Shown: positions 14,886 to 17,053 of the stretch, in pieces
Layout: each line of letters begins with the position of its first letter
How positions within the stretch are numbered: the first letter of the stretch is position 1
NCBI GenBank assembly: GCA_964519305.1
Contig: CAZFHY010000025.1
Span: 24,944 to 41,996 of the forward strand
DNA from: Candidatus Undinarchaeota archaeon
GTDB taxonomy: Archaea; SpSt-1190; JASMDC01
DNA: 17,053 nt
Direction: 5' to 3'
Made by a program: the position numbers and the translations under genes
The notes under the pieces: model-generated
The model's input: only the letters and a program-made list of their open reading frames with translations
What the model was told of the DNA's origin: nothing
The model's database searches: none

Positions 14886-15815
14886 CTACTCTTTCTTCGA
14901 CCTTGCGGTGGCAACGGCGACATGCTCGTCACCAGCACCGTAATAGAATATGTACTGGCCGTCGCGCTCCACCATACCCTCGATGAACACGACATCAGTG
15001 AGGTGGGAGTGCTTGTGGTCGCGCTCATAGTCCTCCGTCGGCGATAGGATCGGCTTCTCCGTTCGCTGTAGTAGATGGCGCGGGTCCTCAAGGCTGAACA
15101 GGGCGGCACCGGCGTTGTATCGTCCCTTTTCGTCGCAAGAATTGTAGACCAGAAGGATGCCGTCGTCGGTCACGAGTGGCGCAGGCCCCGACTCTACCAG
15201 CACGTTGTCGAAGTGTGCAGGTCGCGGTTTCATCACGGGATTGGGATCGCGGCTCCAGTTGATACCGTCATCGGAACGTGCGAGCCAGAGGTTGGTGTCG
15301 CCGCAGTACATGACGTACTGGTCGTCCACCTTCTTGGGCACGATGGCCCCGGCCTTCATACCGTCGAGGATGGGGCCGTGCTCGGTCCAGTTCTCGAGGT
15401 CATCGGAGGTCGCTAGGAACAGCCGGACCCTGTCACCGTCGTAGCCAGTGTAGGTCATGAGGTACTGTCCCTCCACCTCCACGACGCGGGGGTCCTCCAC
15501 ACCGCGGCACTTCATTGCCGCGTAGGGGCCGCTCTCAGCGTCGATGATGGGCTCATCGGAGGTGCGATCGAAATGGATGCCGTCGTCGGACACGGCAAGC
15601 CCGATACGGGAGACGTACTCGCGCTGCTCGGGGTCCTCCTCGGGCGTGCGGTCCTCACCTCGATAGAAGAGGTAGACCTTGCCGTCCTTCTGGATGGCGG
15701 TCGCGTTGTATGCCGCGCCATGCTCCCAATAGAGCGACGGATCAGGTGACAGTACCGGATTGTCGCCGTATTTATCGAGCTCCCCATCCCAAGGGAGGTC
15801 TACTAGATCCTCCAT
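14886..15815 (-). CDS. Glycoside hydrolase family 130 protein (5-bladed beta-propeller; beta-mannosidase/mannoside phosphorylase family)
   Basis: NPVLSP, AAYNATA, LFYRGED, SRIGLAVSDDGIHF, GVEDPRV, MTYTGY, LVESGPAP, LLVYN, VVFIEG, YYGAGD. Confidence 0.92.
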   Translation of the reverse strand: MEDLVDLPWDGELDKYGDNPVLSPDPSLYWEHGAAYNATAIQKDGKVYLFYRGEDRTPEEDPEQREYVSRIGLAVSDDGIHFDRTSDEPIIDAESGPYAAMKCRGVEDPRVVEVEGQYLMTYTGYDGDRVRLFLATSDDLENWTEHGPILDGMKAGAIVPKKVDDQYVMYCGDTNLWLARSDDGINWSRDPNPVMKPRPAHFDNVLVESGPAPLVTDDGILLVYNSCDEKGRYNAGAALFSLEDPRHLLQRTEKPILSPTEDYERDHKHSHLTDVVFIEGMVERDGQYIFYYGAGDEHVAVATARSKKE

Positions 15816-15824
15816 ACCCGTGTA

Positions 15825-15865
15825 CCCAGTGTGACACAGCGGCTCACGGTGTATTTATACCTTTC
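15825..15865 (-). promoter_or_regulatory. Archaeal BRE-TATA promoter of the GH130 gene
   Basis: Minus-strand GAAAGG followed by TATAAATA (15859-15852) in the 69-nt intergenic gap, 36 nt before ATG 15815. Confidence 0.7.
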
Positions 15866-15884
15866 TCCTTGCCTGTCCGTGCTA

Positions 15885-16829
15885 TCACCAGCCCTCCTGG
15901 ACCGGCTGGTACTGGTAGGATCCGTAATAGCTCTTGAGCGTGGCCATGTGGGCATAGAGCGCCTCCTGCTCCGCAGTGATGGCCGGGACCAGGGGATTGT
16001 CATCGCACTGCATGTAGAGGTAGGTTGCGATCACTGCAGTGAGCGGGAGGAAGAGGGCGTAGTCCGCAAGGCTTCCCAAGACCGAAATGACAGCATGGTA
16101 CGCACTGTCCCAGTAGAAACCGGAGTGCTCCCAGTCCTTCACGAGGAGCTTGAAGAACACCGAAGCAGGTTGCCAGGCGATCCTGCCCATTTCGTGTGCG
16201 GCCGTGACCGCGATCACCGCAGGCGCACTGGACGCAGCACGGTAAGCGGTCGCCCAAGCGATCTCTATTGCATCGTAATCCTCGTCCATGAAGAGAGCAT
16301 CATGGACGATGAAGAAGAAGGGCAGGCCCACGATCACGGGCACGAGCGGCCCTATGTTCTCGAGCATTGAGCTCAAGACACGCACGTTCCCCATTTCCTC
16401 GACAGCGAACTGGAGGAGCGATACGCCCGCTGCATAGAGCAAGAGGTAGAGCAGCAACCGCGTGAACAAAGGTCGTGCGCGGTCATGGACGAGCATGAGA
16501 GCGGAACCGACGCTCCGGTCCCGCCTTCCAAGGTAGCCGTACACGGTAGCAGCATAGATGAGAAAGATGGTGAGCGTAGCTATCCTGTGCAGGGACCCGT
16601 ATAGCGTTGTGAAGAACGTGAACTCGATGTCCCGGGCGTTGCGCCAGTCGGGTCCGAGAACGTTCATACTGATCAAGGTGAACCAGTCATGGGGGACGGG
16701 CAGGAACGTCATGACCAGTGTGACGATGACACCTATCGCGACCGAAAGTGATAGAATGTGAAGGTTCTCTTTGAAGAAGGAAAGAGAAGGGCCGATGATC
16801 GAGTCCATGTCCTCCGAACCCATAGCCAT
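15885..16829 (-). CDS. Hypothetical multi-pass membrane protein
   Basis: Long ORF with about 5-6 hydrophobic segments (e.g. ILSLSVAIGVIVTLVMTFL, LLLYLLLYAAGVSLL, ALFLPLTAVIATYLY). Start uncertain (16829, 16823 or 16808). The track start at 16904 would run through the AT-rich promoter. Confidence 0.75.
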   Translation of the reverse strand: MAMGSEDMDSIIGPSLSFFKENLHILSLSVAIGVIVTLVMTFLPVPHDWFTLISMNVLGPDWRNARDIEFTFFTTLYGSLHRIATLTIFLIYAATVYGYLGRRDRSVGSALMLVHDRARPLFTRLLLYLLLYAAGVSLLQFAVEEMGNVRVLSSMLENIGPLVPVIVGLPFFFIVHDALFMDEDYDAIEIAWATAYRAASSAPAVIAVTAAHEMGRIAWQPASVFFKLLVKDWEHSGFYWDSAYHAVISVLGSLADYALFLPLTAVIATYLYMQCDDNPLVPAITAEQEALYAHMATLKSYYGSYQYQPVQEGW

Positions 16830-16877
16830 CCTCTGACAGGTACTCCTGACAGACCTCGAAATTATCCGCCAATGATA

Positions 16878-16896
16878 GCACATAAAAAGTTTTGGT
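16878..16896. promoter_or_regulatory. AT-rich core of a probable divergent promoter
   Basis: CATAAAAAGTTTTG reads CAAAAC-TTTTTATG on the minus strand (toward the membrane protein). On the plus strand CATAAAAA ends 22 nt before ATG 16911. Confidence 0.45.
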
Positions 16897-16910
16897 GGAT
16901 TCATGGCCCC

Positions 16911-17053
16911 ATGGTGCTCGACTGGCTACTCGGAAAAAAGAACCCGGAGGCTCAACCGGCCCCGCCTGGTGCGGGACCTATGCCACCACAACCCATCGGC
17001 GGACCCATACCGCCAAAGCCTATGGGAGGACCCATGCCGCCAAAGCCTATGGG
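16911..17053 (+). CDS. N-terminus of a Pro/Gly/Met-rich repeat protein (3' end outside window)
   Basis: Manual translation MVLDWLLGKKNPEAQPAPPGAGPMPPQPIGGPIPPKPMGGPMPPKPMG is open to the window end; the repeat period is a multiple of 3. Confidence 0.72.
   Translation, partial: MVLDWLLGKKNPEAQPAPPGAGPMPPQPIGGPIPPKPMGGPMPPKPM
16974..17053 (+). repeat. 27-bp in-frame tandem repeat encoding GP(M/I)PP(K/Q)P(M/I)G, three copies visible
   Basis: GGACCTATGCCACCACAACCCATCGGC / GGACCCATACCGCCAAAGCCTATGGGA / GGACCCATGCCGCCAAAGCCTATGGG, starting at 16974, 17001 and 17028. Confidence 0.9.

Noticed and set aside
16833-16852. CTGACAG direct repeat (16833, 16846) as an operator
   Set aside because: Only two 7-mers with a 13-bp period and no second occurrence as a pair; not distinguishable from chance.
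278-16881. Numerous antisense and alternative-frame ORFs in the track (e.g. 740-1282 -, 5098-5643 -, 10927-11526 -, 15831-16370 +)
   Set aside because: They overlap well-supported genes, lack motifs and initiation signals, and are expected from stop-codon scarcity in GC-rich coding DNA.

Overview
GC-rich (~60%) archaeal chromosome segment. 1-10024 is the distal spc-type ribosomal protein operon on the + strand: uL5 (5'-truncated, with a long Lys/Ala repeat extension), uS14, uS8, uL6, eL32, eL19, uL18, uS5, uL30, uL15, SecY, DUF106/EMC3-type insertase, eL34, eL14. It continues without a gap into an RNA-modification tail (Cbf5/TruB, a NOL1/NOP2/RsmF m5C methyltransferase and a separate PUA-type partner). 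The adk and cmk genes usually found in this cluster are absent, and uS5 carries a loop insertion; together these suggest a DPANN-like lineage (inference). 10040-17053 is accessory: two paralogous alpha/beta-hydrolases flanking an uncharacterised GH18-like TIM-barrel protein (+), a convergent XPD/DinG Fe-S helicase, a GH130 enzyme with hydrolase-type signatures and a multi-pass membrane protein (-), and the start of a divergent Pro-rich repeat protein (+). The most notable observations are a shared promoter/leader architecture upstream of three hydrolytic genes (candidate glycoconjugate/lipid scavenging regulon), the histone-H1-like repeat tail on uL5, and a two-cysteine insertion in an outer loop of SecY. 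No rRNA, tRNA, CRISPR array or mobile element was seen. All family calls come from motif recognition by eye, not database searches.
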